A stretch of DNA of 64,000 nucleotides from Enoplolaimus lenunculus (GCA_030248215.1 JASANG010004128.1:62001-126000), one strand, 5' to 3'. Counted from the stretch's first letter, positions 41,801 to 54,730 are shown. Notes: generated by a model from the letters alone, not told the origin. A program made the numbers and translations.

Positions 41801-42776
41801 GTTATATATGTTATCTAAAAACGTTATTTTATAAGATATTCAGTTGCAAATTACATTTAAAATCATTTATCATCTATCAAAATTACTCCTCATCTATCAA
41901 AATTACATAAAACCTTGAAAGGTATTAATTTAGAAGTTTATATGTCATGGGCCAATGTACAGTACCGTAACAGTAGGATAAGCATATTCCTATTAAAGTC
42001 TAAGAATGAGCTTATATATGTTTAAGTGTAAGCCTAAGCGAAAATATATCTAAAGCTTAAGCTACTTGATGGCAGTACAGCAGAAAATCATTCCACCCCT
42101 GCTGATTACACATAAGCCTGTCACATGCAACGAAACTAGCACTGACTGTGACAAATTTTTGTAGTTCACAACTATTGAACTTTTTAAGAAGACTGGTTTC
42201 GGCCTTGCTGTTAATGAGTGATTGTAAATTTGCTCGCATGCTAAGCTTAACAATGTAAGGCGTTGAGGTGGCCGCGTTTAAACAAAAAAGTGTAGTTTAG
42301 ACCACAGAAAAGTTTGGTTTAAAATCCAACTAGCTATTCTGGTAAAACACATGAGAATAATGATATTTTTGCCTAATTACATGACTTTTGCTGCTCGAAT
42401 TTTGAGCACTCTTATATTGATGTTTACTAGAAGGCTATTATTTTACACAAAACGATATTCCAAATTTTACTCCACCGCAGAGAGGGACCGTAGAACCTCA
42501 ACAACTAAATTTTTCAAAAATTTAAATTTGGGTGCGGAACGATTTTAGGCACACGGGAAGCCCAAATATGCAAATATGGTCAAAATCCGTCCAATCTTAA
42601 GTAAGTGCCGGCTGGGAAGATATAGAAAAACCCCATGTTTCATTTCTGCCTATGTATTAAAGCTTTCTAAATTTGAAGTTTCAAGAAAAACTCAATTCAA
42701 TTTTTGATGCGTTGCGCTGTTTCATTCGCAGGTGACCGTATATTTGCGTTTCAAAAAATACATTGTTGCATTTATA

Positions 42777-43001
42777 CACTTCAAAAAGGGTGAGTCAAAT
42801 TGACTCTCTCCAAAATAGGCTTTTCCGGACTACACAAACTGAGTCCAACTTCGACTCCGCCAGAGTGAAATCCGACTGACCCAAATCGCTCAGTGAGTCA
42901 AATTTAATTTGACTCTGGCGGAGTCGAATTTGACTCAGTTTATGTAGTCCCGAAAAGCTAATTTCGGAGACAGTCAATTTGACAATCCATTTTTTGCAGT
43001 G
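42777..43001. mobile_element. Fold-back (palindromic) MITE with CACT...CAGTG termini and TA TSD; truncated copy at ~62232-62390
   Basis: The whole element is an imperfect hairpin (GACTCCGCCAGAGT / ACTCTGGCGGAGTC), with TA at 42775-76 and 43002-03. Confidence 0.8.
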
Positions 43002-43869
43002 TACTAATTTTACGGCTACATGTTCTTTAATGTAAAACAGTCGACTTAGAAATCAGCTTGAACTATGGGCAGTTTGCAAATTTTCTTTATTTAAGGTTAG
43101 CAGTAACTTCATCATGACCAGAGGCAGCAAATTCACAAAAACGTAAAATATATCGCTGATTGAAACTTTGTCGAAACTTTTATTTTTGAGCTTTATGTTA
43201 ACAAAGATGTTTGTATATTTAGTTCATATTAGAGCAAATTTATGCACCATCCACAATAAGGTGAGTACAGCGTGTGGAAATAAAAGCGTTCAATTCCCAT
43301 ATAGGAAATTCTACTTTTTGATATTTAAAAGTGAAATGGAAATTGAAATAGAACACATTAAACTATAAGTTCAAATTCCTATTCAGTCTGAAACTGTAAA
43401 ATACAATTTCCTCGTACTTTAAAATTCACAAATCAATTTCCCTTTTAGTTTAAAGTTCAAAATGAGTAGTTGGAAATTGAATAAAAATTTTATTTTCAAT
43501 TGCAATTTTGATAAATTTTGCAACACAATAAATTTTATAGGTAGTGGGAAATTGAAATTTATTGTGTAGATAACATACATTCCCTATAAATTAATAAACG
43601 ACCCCTATCTTTGAGTTGAGGAAAATTTCACAAATTTTGCATTTTAAACAGAATTTATATTTGCTTTGTTAGACCGCCTAGAAAGCGTCGAGGTCAATCA
43701 GACACACTAGAAACCGTTGAGGTCAATCAGCGCCGAGGTAGGTAAAGACTACGAAACGTTGAGGTCAATCAGCGTTGAAGTATTTTCAGTTTTAGAACAA
43801 GGGCGTATACAGTTTTCAGTTTTAGAACAAGGGCGATCTCCAGAGCGCTACCTACATAGGTCATTAAGG

Positions 43870-44040
43870 CTACCTACCTAATAATCCTAGCCTAGCCTGC
43901 TCTTGCATAAGCGTAAGCATACCTACATAATCCTAGCCCAAGCCTATCTTTCTCTTGCATAAGCGTAAGCATAACCTACATATCCTAGCCTAAGACTGAT
44001 CTTTCCCTTACATAAGCTTAAGCCTAAACATTATCTAAAC
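43870..44040 (+). repeat. ~52-bp tandem repeat (3 copies) of degenerate GCCTAA hexamers
   Basis: ACCTACATAATCCTAGCC...CTCTTGCATAAGCGTAAGCAT is repeated. Confidence 0.7.
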
Positions 44041-44299
44041 CTCAACCTTATCTGAAATCTACTAAATTTAAGTTTTAGAACAAGTCCGTGCAGGGTAAAG
44101 AGGTGTCTTACTCTTTCGTAAACAAAACAAATAAAGGTGAAGTTTACAAAAGAAATATTTTAAAATATTAAGGTGAACTACAGTTAATTTGAAGTTCGGT
44201 GCAGCTATTCGTTCAGTTGTATAACAAAATACTAATATTTACTGAATTCAACAATATGACATTGTCCCAAAAGTAGTCAGTCATGAATGTTCTGCCATA

Positions 44300-45300
44300 T
44301 TTAAGCCGTAACAAAACAAATCATTAATACATATACAAAGACCAGCACTGGTTCATTCATGATAATATGCGGTTTCTACTCATTTTTAATATCCCAGAAC
44401 AACAGGCCATATCGAGAATATACAAACTGTCTTGTACTTTTATATAACATGACAATATGCGCTTGCTACGTTTCCCTCACAGAACTAGCCTTTCTTTCGT
44501 AAAACAAATTGCATGCTGAACAAAAATTTCACAGAAAAATAGCCTTCAAACATGCTCAGCTTATTGAAGTTAATATCAGGTAATTGGCAGGGTGCAACCG
44601 GAAGTTTGCCTGTGTAAATATAAAACATTTAACAATACCTAACAGATACTGGCTAAAACTAGCAAAGTAAACGTTGTTTTATCTGCCAAATTTTCCTCAC
44701 ATCCGGCTTAAAATGAGGTTCCGGCTGCGGCAAAATTAACCCCTCCTCCTGTATTTCTCCCACTGGTTCATCCTGGTGGTTGATACAAGAAAAATCAGTG
44801 AAAAATTCGGGTAAATGTGATAAGAATCATTATATATCAGCATCAGCGGATACATCTAAAAATTGGTATGCAGTTGTTATTGGAACATTGCCGGCTGTTT
44901 TCGCAGCAGAACACTCTGTGCAGTTCTCGCAATCCGGAAGATCATTATATTCAACGGATATGTCTAAAAATTGGTCCACTGGTATTTTTGCAATGTTAGC
45001 CATTATTTCGTTATTTGAACATTCTGGACCTTTGGTGGCTGTTTTACATGAACCTTTTGTACTATTGGCAATATGCATACAATTGAACTTGACCATGTAT
45101 ACATTACGATCGGCGCGAGCTACCACTTAAGTAAAACGACACATGGTCTCGCTAAATAACAGGGACACGTGTTTAATTGCACGGGCAGGCGAAAAAACCG
45201 GCGGTGAATCCACATAAAAGATACAAGCAACCAATAGTTAAGGGACCGTAGGCCATTATTGGTATTTCATCGAGCAACCACAGGTATAAAATTCCACAGC
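44300..45300 (-). pseudogene. Decayed Cys-rich coding remnant, possibly a USP/C19-like peptidase, split by a MITE at 44588-44775
   Basis: The frame of ORF 44830..45126 continues upstream and downstream through isolated stops. Motifs: QFLDISV, CENCTEC, SHLPEFF, AHIVMLYK, PVLVFVY. Family assignment is inference. Confidence 0.35.
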
Positions 45301-46189
45301 ATTAGCCTGAGGACTACAAAGCACGCTTAATATACAAACCTTGTATTCGAAGCGAACGAGAAGCCGAGCACGAGTTGTGATTACAATACTGTGCCATACA
45401 ATTTGATATTTATTTTACGAAAAGTTGACTTTCTTTTACAGTGAACGTCGAAACAAATATATATTGAATCATTATGTGATAAGATCATTGGCAGTGTCGC
45501 CGAAGTTCGTGTCCGATGTTTGGACTTCAGATAGGGTGAGCCGGTTTTAGCCCAAGGTTATTTGGCTAATGAAGAGAACAGGGCTGTAATAGTAGTAAAG
45601 CATATACCTAAACCTATGCCTAAGCCTGAGCGTAAAAATGAGCTTGTACATAGGCCTAAGTTTGAGACTAAACATAAGCAAAGAAATTAGTCTAAAGCTT
45701 AAACTTATATACTCTTTTAAATGCTCCGCCCGTGATCTATACTTTGACATGTTCAGTAAACGTGGTTTAAACTGAAAATTACCAAAAATTGTGAATGATA
45801 ATAAAACAACGATATCATAAAAGCGTTTTATGAAACTAGCAATTAGTGGTTGAAAATTACAAATTTTTTTATTTCTATTATGAGTAATTAGTACTCCTAG
45901 CGGATACATAAAGATGGGAGGGGGCTTACACCGCCTGTTACAATTTTGTCGTCACCATGCTAGGATGGGTTAAAAATTTTTAGGTTAGGCATACACGGGT
46001 TTTCGTTAACTGACAAGCATGGTAGGAAATTTTCTAGGGGGGCAAAGATTTTCCAGAAGGGGCTGATCCCTCCTGCCCGGCCCTCAAGGGCTCGTCCCTA
46101 TGCAACAAAAACTGCGTCTCCTAACATTTGATATCCTGCCGCATCGTCAAAAATTTCTGGATCCCTCTCTAATAAACAATGAAAAACAA

Positions 46190-46470
46190 GTTGCCATTAA
46201 AACGTGCAATAAGGGAATTATCCGTTTTAACTTCAAACGACTAGCCAAATATTTTGAGACGTCTGCTCGGTAGTACAGAAATGCTTCATGGTTGCCATTA
46301 AACGTGCAATAAACGGTAATTGGTTTTAACTTCAAACGACTAGCCAAATATTTTTTTAAGGCCCGGCAGTACAGAAATGCTTCATAGTTGTTATAACGTG
46401 CAATAATTAACGGTTGTAAAACTTCAAACGACTAGGCAATATTTTTTGAAGTCTACCCGGCAGTACTGAA
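46190..46470 (+). repeat. ~100-bp tandem repeat x3
   Basis: AACGTGCAATAA...AACTTCAAACGACTAG.CAA...GTACAGAAATGCTTCAT is repeated. Confidence 0.8.
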
Positions 46471-47256
46471 ATCCGTGATGTTTTTAATAAAAAATAGTTT
46501 GTGATAAATGAAATTTTCAATGCAAGGCAGGAATTCTACAAATCAACGCTGACTCTCAGTTTTCAGTGAACCAAGAGAGCTCTATACTTTTCGTCTAATG
46601 TTGTAATGTTGTCGCATTTTCGCCACCTGTTGTTTTTAAACTCTAGATCGTTAATAGCACAGCGTGTTTTACCGAAAAAAATTGTTTAAAATTTCAAAAG
46701 CCCTTAATTAAAGTTGAAACCGATATAAAAAGTAAACCATTAGATGGTGCAAGCTAATAATTAATTTAATCGCTTGATTACGTAATTTAATCGCTTGACG
46801 TATTGTGTTTTAAAATGAACAAAAGGCCACCGACTAAATACTTCAAAACTTTTAAGCGCCCGAGAACGAATCGAGCAAGACGCCAGTACCATTAATTAAA
46901 CTTTCAAAAGTCCTCAATAAATTTAAATCGACGTAAAAAGCAAACCATTTACATGCTGCAAGCTGGTAATTTGTCGGCTTGATTAAGTAGTGTTTTAAAA
47001 TAAAAATAGTTAACAATAGTTTGCTTACTAAATACTTTAAAACTTTCGGTCAATGTAAAGAACAAGTGCGGAACAGTATCATAATAGCAAATTTACGAAA
47101 CAACTAATAGCAATCGGTATCAGTGAAAAATTACTATTTTTCAACCTATAGACAATTGATTGAAACGTGTTCAGTAATGGTTGCGTTATACTTGTCGCAC
47201 GGCACCGTCTGTCACCCGTACGGACGTCACCGTCCGTCACCATACGGTATAATACG

Positions 47257-47541
47257 TGAGTAATTCGCGTACGATACCGCACCGTGACGCATGGTAACGG
47301 GCGGTGCCGTACGTGTGACGGACGACACCCGGACGTCATCAAAAGTATAGCGCTATCCTTAACTAAAAAATAAACAAACTCACATATCAACATGACATTG
47401 AGTAATTCGCGTACGATACCGCACCGTGACGCACAGTGACGGAGGGCGCCGTACGTGTGACGGACGACACCCGGACGTCATCAAAGTATAGCGCTATCCT
47501 TAACTAAAAAATAAACAAACTTACATATCCAACATGACATT
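47257..47541 (+). repeat. ~142-bp tandem duplication of a GC-rich fold-back element end plus its flank
   Basis: TGAGTAATTCGCGTACGATACCGCACCGTGACGCA...AAAGTATAGCGCTATCCTTAACTAAAAAATAAAC occurs twice; a related end AAAGTATAGCGCATCCCTTAA is at ~27402-27424. Confidence 0.85.
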
Positions 47542-48560
47542 TACAACTGAACGATCCCGGAGTATTCGTGCAGTCAGCGTTTATTGGACACGGGTGTGTT
47601 GTTGAAGCACAATCGTCAATATCTTGACATTCAGTTTCAGGATCACCTGAATATAATTGCACGATACAATATAACTTTTTTAATATTTTAAAGTCACAAG
47701 TAAAAACAAAAACAAATTAAGTAAAATTTATCTTTTTAGGCCTTTCTTGAATGTAAATAAATTAAAATTTCAGCCAGTGTAAACTTTCAGACAATGTCGG
47801 AGCAGGCATAGGGTGGGGACCGCAAAATTTCGTGACCGTGGTGACCCAAGTAGTTTTGTGTGAAATATCAAAACACTCATGTCTTTGATGTAGGTAAACA
47901 ACAAAGGTCACCGGAAGTTAAAAATTTGTTACGGTACAAGGAAATAGAATTCGTTTCTTAAAATGTTCAAATTCAATTTCCCTGTAGCAAAATTTAACTT
48001 AAACCATTCAGGTTTCACTTTAAATTTTCAAAATTCAATTTACCATTTGTAGTAATATTTGAAAATCCAATTCACTGTTTGTTTAAAGTTCAAAACAATC
48101 AAAGGGGAAATTGAAAACTGTTGTTTTAAAGTTCAAATTCAATTCCTCAAACGCCATGAAGTTTCAATTTACCATTTCCATATACGTTAAAATTGTGAAA
48201 TCAATTTCCCACTAGTTGTATAAAAATAAATCTGTTTTGGAAATTGAAAAATTCATTTTCCACACGGTCTACTCACCTTATTGTGGATGGTGCATTATGT
48301 AATTTATGTTTCATAAATTTAATATACTACGTATATAAGTATTACGATTGCGCTGTCATATCTTTGTCAAACCAGAACACCAATGTTTACCGCAGGTCAA
48401 TTATTAATTCCAATTTGCAGTTTTAGATACTACCGTATACAGCATACATCATCGGTTTTGGTCATTTGCGTCGAAAATAAACGTTTTCTATACTCGAAAA
48501 ACATTGCTGTTTTAGTGTTTTCAATATGTTTTAACGTTGGCTTGTTTTCTTAAATGTGTA

Positions 48561-49388
48561 CTGTAGTGACCCGAATTAGGGATGTGCCGATACCAAAATT
48601 TTTGCCGATGCCGATATCGATGCCGATTCTTATTTTGAAATTTTGCCGATGCCGAACTGATGCCGATGCCGATTCCTACTTTAGTACAACATGCTTAACG
48701 AACAGATGGAATACTACATTACATCATTATATGAAGAATTAAACCCTAACCAACGTAAACGATTATAAATTTAGACGAACGGTTCATTTCAATTATTTTT
48801 TCAAACACAAACACAAGAAAAATGTCAGTTTTCCTGACCGGACACGCTGATATGCGCCAAGAAATAAAATTGATAGCATTCAAACTGACTGTTATGTGCA
48901 AAAAGTATCGGCAAAGAATCGGCAATTTTTTGCAGTGCCGATGCCGATGCCGATAGTCACGAAAACTACCGATTAATCGGCACATCCCTAACCCGAATCA
49001 GGGGATTCCCATTTGAGTCGCAATCAATAGGAGTCTGTATCCCTAATAAGAGTCCGTAAGCTCTAAACCCCCCTAATTACAGTCCATAAATATCAATTAT
49101 CCCAAGTTGTAGTGTATAAATGACTCAAACACGAAATACAGTTGAGTTCGAAACTTTAATGCATGCTTAGTTTTGAAGGCACATCCTTAAGTATAACCTT
49201 GCATTATGGCTCAAGTTTTTGATACAAGACAAACGTTTTATTCCACGAATAGTCGCAATACCGAATATTTATCAGTAACGAAGGCGGGATAAAAATAAAT
49301 AACAGTCAGTAACCGAATAAAGAGGGGGTGCCCTCTGGAGAGGCCAAATAAATATCAGTTCCCCCTCTTAATATTCTAGTCACTACAG
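48561..49388. mobile_element. TA-TSD MITE (CTGTAGTGA...TCACTACAG); family members at 50619-51045, ~52465-52515 and 59730-60118
   Basis: TA-CTGTAGTGAC...GTCACTACAG-TA; the interior is the reverse complement of 59730-60118. Confidence 0.8.
48577..48990. mobile_element. hAT-type MITE with perfect 8-bp TSD ACCCGAAT, nested in the TIR of a TA-MITE
   Basis: Perfect 15-bp TIR TAGGGATGTGCCGAT; TSD at 48569-76 and 48991-98; (GCCGAT)n subterminal repeats. Confidence 0.9.
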
Positions 49389-50618
49389 TATGCCACCTGT
49401 TCCTTGCTGTTGACAGGGTTCACAATTTTTCAACCAGTCACTAAGTCGAACGACATTGCATTAGATCTGTTTTACCGTGGACATATTCTCTGCTAGCGAA
49501 ATTTTGTAAGTACTCCATTTCGTTTGATAACATATCTCTATAACTGGTGATTGGTACTGTAAACTGCATAATCGTTCGTAGGATTATACGCACTAGAGGA
49601 CCAAGCGAGTTCATTCATTTTTGGTCCTAGTCTGCAGGGACGCCGACGCGCGCGCTAATTTTTTACAAATGTTTTATAGCACCGGCGTCCGCCGGCGCGC
49701 AGTGAGTATACCGCAACCGTTAAAGTAAGGCAGGTTTTGCTTCTGAGGCAAGGAAAGTTCGTAAAAACCAAAAACTTCCTTAATTTTTTTAAAAACCAAA
49801 ATACGAAATTATTTTTCGAAAACTAAACGAGTATAACTGCCACCAAACGTTTGCGAGTTTACTCAATATTTATTCTAATATACATTTTGTTATCCAAATC
49901 TGGCTCAATTCACCATAGTGTGTTGACTTTATAGTTTCAGTTATTTAATGGCGCAGAGTACGCAGTCTTTGCCCAGTGGGATACACAGGTCTGCCTGATA
50001 GCAAAATTTAATCAAATGTTGACAAGCATCCTCCGGTCTGATAATATTACGAAAAAGGTTTGAACACTTTACCCACACTAGCGGATGCAGAAGGGGAGCG
50101 GAGGGCGCACCCCCTTGTCAGAAAATATTTGTGTCAAAATGATAAGGCCCTGACTCACAATTTTTTCCTCTCAGAAAATTAGCATAGCATATGTATAGCA
50201 TACAGTAAAAAGTTCGTTTCATAACTTTTGCCAGTCCACCCCACCCCCATCAGAAATTTATGCATCCGTCGCTTTTACCCATCACGACCCGAGGCAAATG
50301 GATAATTCGGAATACCTTGAAAATATACAGTTGTGCTGCAAAAACAGATCTATAAAAACTTTGGCTGAATACCTTTCGCAAATTGAAACCGCCATTGTTT
50401 GGGCGCGTTTTACAGTTGCTAAGTAGATATTTGGCGAGGGGCACTAATACCAGAACCTTTCGCGTAGTCAGGATTTCTGATCGGAAGATTTACTAGATGG
50501 TAGCCAGAAATCAAAACAAATGTTCATTTTCGAAGAATTCAAGAGCAAAGCGAGCGGAAGTTTTGACGCTGTTTTAGGAATGGTTTTTACCCAAATGAAG
50601 AATACTCTTAGATATATA

Positions 50619-51045
50619 CTGTAGTGACCAGAAGGGACTGATATTATTTGGCCTCTCAAGAGGGTATCTCCTGTTATTTGGTTCCGGACTGCTATTTATT
50701 TTTAACCCACCCTCTGCTGCGCTTGGTTACTGGTATATATTCGGTATTGCCACTATACGTTCAGCAAAACGTTTGTCTTGCATCCAAAACTTGAGCGATA
50801 AAGCAATAGGAATGTACTTTCAAAACTTAAGTAAGCTGCTTTATGTTTCGAACTCAACTTTATTTGTTCCTGGAGTCATTTATGCAGTGCATTTGGGGAT
50901 AATTGACATTTACGGAATTCTAATTAGGATTTAGGGACTCTATCCACTTACGGACTTTTATTAGGGATACGGACTCCTTATTAATCGAGACTCAATATGG
51001 GGCCTCCTTTTACTACCCCCGCCCCTCTTTTATTCGGGTCAATAG
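50619..51045. mobile_element. Older copy of the CTGTAGTGA TA-MITE family
   Basis: Colinear with 59730-60118 (GGGATAATTGACATTTA.GGA.TCTAATTAGGA). Confidence 0.7.
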
Positions 51046-51473
51046 CGTAAATAAGCCAAACATGTGCTTATATGCAAAAATGATATTCTAAGTTTTTGAG
51101 CAGGTGTACGTCCGGTTTTCCCTCGGGACATCAAGGTGCAGGCCGGACTACTTGCCGTTTTTCGAGTAGCATATGCACTATATGATGTTTCCGATTGCCA
51201 CGGTGAAATTCCACACAGCGGTGAATATTAAAGGTAACTACGCATTACATGCTTTGGGCATATCCGACAGAGCTGTACCAGAACAACGTACATAAAGTAA
51301 TGTATCCTTCTAAGTGTTGTTCAAACTGTTAAGTGCACAATGGCTGAATAACGCTGAAACATACATAACGCCCGAATTTAGAAAGGCTCATATCGATTAT
51401 TACTATGAATGTATGCCAAAAAGCATGTAGGCCCATGTATGGAACACGGCCGGAACCGTAGTATAGGCATGTT

Positions 51474-51512
51474 CCTAAGCCTAAGCCTAAAAGCCTAAGC
51501 CTAAGCCTAAGC
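51474..51512 (-). repeat. Interstitial (GCCTAA)n telomere-type tract
   Basis: CCTAAGCCTAAGCCTAAAAGCCTAAGCCTAAGCCTAAGC. Confidence 0.8.
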
Positions 51513-51619
51513 AAAAAAAATTAGTCTAAACTTAAACTGACTCTATTATAGCCCCTCCGGAAAACGATCCGGCCCTGTTCTAAACATGGGCCAGCATTTA
51601 TATAAGTGACACCCTAAAA

Positions 51620-52340
51620 GGTTTGCAAAATATTTCCTCATGTACAACATCTCAATTGTTTAATTATAGAAGGTTGTCAAAAGAATCAATTCAAAGAAAA
51701 TCTCCGGAAGAGGTGGGGTCACTGAAGGGTGTAACGGTGGTACTAACCTCAGCACTCATAGACAGTGAAAGGTTCAAGATGTCTTTCCGCGTTAAACCAA
51801 AAAAACGCTTCAACTACTTTTTTAATTTTGGTCTGGCTCAAAACGGAGCATAAAATTAGGTTTGAAGAAACTGTTGATGAACAAAATACAAAAAATTTAA
51901 CAAACTGATTGCACAAATTCAATCAGGCGTCGGTTGAGAAACTGGAAAACTCTTAGGCTCAGTTCAAATAAACACATTATATCAGTCGCTAAATGAAATA
52001 AAGAATTCTTAGGCTCAGTTCAAATAAACACATTATATCAGTCGCTAAATGAAATAAAGAGTATGGAACTGTAGTTTGGACGATTTTAAAGTTTATTTCT
52101 GTAAATTGCTGTTCGTTGATTAGTTTGTTTTGTAGCCTTTTTAAAGTACTGCAATCAATTTTAGACAGTTATTTACCGATGCAGCAGGACAATAATTGAA
52201 TTTCGTTTTACACAATCTCGTTAAAGCAACAGTGGTTTACTGATCACGAATTTTAGCCATTTATTTCCTAGCCTTAACTTTAACAGCGGTTAGTTTATTC
52301 AATTGACTGCCATAAAGGGGTAGCAATGAGGGTTTAAAAA
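51620..52340 (+). pseudogene. Possible hAT transposase C-terminal remnant
   Basis: SALIDSERFKMSF resembles A..LDPRFK, and LFPSL..TAVSLFN...SNE across frameshifts resembles the hAT dimerisation domain. Heavily decayed. Confidence 0.3.
51951..52060 (+). repeat. Perfect 54-bp direct duplication (period 56)
   Basis: TCTTAGGCTCAGTTCAAATAAACACATTATATCAGTCGCTAAATGAAATAAAGA occurs twice. Confidence 0.95.
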
Positions 52341-54087
52341 TTTTAAGAGGTCGTGATTCCTGCCAAAATCCTGGCCACGAAAGCGAATAATTTTCAGCTT
52401 CTGTGTTAGAGTAGTGTTTTATGTTGTGTTTACGTTGAGCCAAATAAGAGTAGGGCACGACTGGTCCCAATATTGAATCCTAATCAATAGGAATCCGTAT
52501 CCCTAATCATAGTCCATACAAGAGACCAGAGCAGAAGAATGGACCCGACTTCTCAAACATGTAACAGATAATCCAACAACCTGCATATTTTTAAAATCTA
52601 GAGAACTGACCGAAAGAAAGAATATAAAAAGAACGTTGTTGGTTCCAACTAGCATGAGGCGAATAAAGAATAGAATAACAGGAAAGGTACCCCTGGCAAG
52701 GCAAAATATATATCAGTCTCCATCTTATTCGTGCAATTACAGCATCCTGTTATATTTATTGATTTACCTAAATATTCAGCCGCTTAAAAGTCTAACATTT
52801 TCCGAACGCCAAGAGTGTGAAATAGAGCCGTATTTTCTCGTCAATTTTGTACGCACAGTGAACCCAATGGAAACAAACACGATTACTCTTAAGTGATTAA
52901 ATTTGCGCGATATTAAGCATTTGGTACAAAACTAAACATGTATGTTTTATGTATATTGCAATTGAAACATGATGGATGGCTCATATGAACTGATATCAAT
53001 CTGATATCGCATACATACATGTCTGTTTTGGTATACTTGAATTGTGGTAAAATCAATTTCTCCGATTTCTATCACGAGTTCCGCGTCTGTCCGGACCGAG
53101 GCTATGCCTCGTGACTTCCCCTCCCCGAGCAGCTCGCTGAAGTCACTTCACTGGTCACCGAAGTTATTTTAATATATTAGGGCCCCATACGGAGGCCCTA
53201 TTTTCAAAATTACACTGAATTCTTAATCTAGCGTAAGTCAATTTGCGTACTACAGCATATTTCAGGTTAAAACTGTCTGAAAAGCAGCACCGGATTGAAT
53301 GCGGGCCAGAGGGCGCTGGCCGCGAGCCTCCCAGCACTAGGCATCGATAACCGACGATATGTTTCAATGGATAAAAATCGTTTTAAACCACTAGGATTTT
53401 TGGGAGTACGGATTGCGGTCCCTGAACCGGTTATATATCTTGATATAGATATTTACACGGCTATATCAGAATTATTTTTGACCGAACTGTGGTATGCTAC
53501 GTGCTAATGTTCGTTGAATATAATGGTTTTTGTATTTAATCACGAGCATCGAATCAGATAATCTGCGTGAACTAGATTTCGCGGAATAATAAATTACTTC
53601 CGTAAGCGGAAATCTAGAAAAGTCCCTGAGCGTAAATTTTTTCGCACTTCGGGTACAATAAAACTTATAATATATTTCATTAAAATGTGTCATTTTAAGC
53701 TCTTGTATATAAAACAGTGACGGCTAAGAAAAGGCCTGCCAGCCAGATGGGCCTTGGGCTCAGACCATATAATGATCCAGGTTTACCGAAAATTATGAAC
53801 GGTCCAAATTTGGTCTAGTTATTTACAAGCATGTCTAAAATTTGCATAGTCAATCGTAGTAAACAGCCCCGTGAATGGTCGAAGCGCCATATGAAGTAGG
53901 AGTACTATGTTTTCACGGCACTACCTGTTGTTAAAATGAAGTTTTAACTCTGGCAGTCGACTAGGTTTTGTTATTCCAGCGGTCTAATTTGCTAGTTCAA
54001 TACCATAAATTTGTAAATCAATATGGAGAAAGAACAATTTGTTGAATGAAATGATCCTTAATCAAGTGTAAACTATACCCTATTGAC

Positions 54088-54259
54088 CAGAGCCGGAACA
54101 GGCACACCCCTTACCCCTATTTGGGGGGCGTCACCCCTAAAGAGGCCTCCACCCTAACCGGTTGAAACAAAAACCGTCGAAGTTTGAAAATGCGTCTGGT
54201 TTGTCGCTCGCTTCGCTTGCGAGCTTGTAGGGAGCCGACACCCGTCTGCTTTGGCACTG
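54088..54259. mobile_element. Short hAT-type MITE
   Basis: CAGAGCC...GGCACTG termini; flanks CTATTGAC / GTATTGAC (7/8 TSD). Confidence 0.6.
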
Positions 54260-54597
54260 GTATTGACTATTGATCGACTGATGATATAGAACCATAAATT
54301 GAGAAATTAATATTCGTAATTACCGCTTAATTGAAATGTTCTATAATAGGTACACTACTGACAGCGGTACACCAGCCTGTAGGGTTCAATGTTAATCGCG
54401 TAGAAGAACTGTTTGTCGTGTTGCAAGACCGCAATATACACACAACGCGTCATGCTTTTATGAGTTTGGCTGTTCTATTTACCGCCTTTGGACAAAAAAT
54501 TTAGTGTAGGTTTGTTAAGTAGCCATAACGGCAAATGTTAATTATAAGGCTTATTCACTAGAAAATAGGGAGACTGAAGAACTCAGTGATTGAATGT

Positions 54598-54730
54598 TTT
54601 AGGCTTATGTTTACGATTAGGCTTAGAATGAGGCCTAGTTAAGGCTTAGACTTAGGCATAGAATAAGTCCTAGTTCAGGCTTAGACTTAGGTATAGAATA
54701 AGGCCTAGTTAAAGCTTAGACTTAGGCTTA
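54598..54730 (+). repeat. Telomere-like (TTAGGC-derived) minisatellite, 3 x 35-bp higher-order units
   Basis: Units start at 54624, 54659 and 54694: TAGAAT(G/A)AGGCCTAGTTAAGGCTTAGACTTAGG. Confidence 0.8.

Larger units (their letters stand above)
43243..48294. mobile_element. ~5.05-kb TIR DNA element with TTA target-site duplication, carrying decayed coding sequence and nested repeats
   Basis: Perfect 25-bp TIR TGCACCATCCACAATAAGGTGAGTA at both ends, followed by ~300 bp of related subterminal repeats; TTA at 43240-42 and 48295-97. Confidence 0.7.

Noticed and set aside
43686..43835. CRISPR-like spaced repeats (CGTTGAGGTCAATCAG x3; TTTTCAGTTTTAGAACAAGGGCG x2)
   Set aside because: Eukaryotic context, 16-bp units, irregular spacing and no cas genes; these are internal TE subrepeats.
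53300..53320. CTCF-like site GGCCAGAGGGCGCTG
   Set aside because: Partial match lying within a palindrome; a single motif is not supportable.
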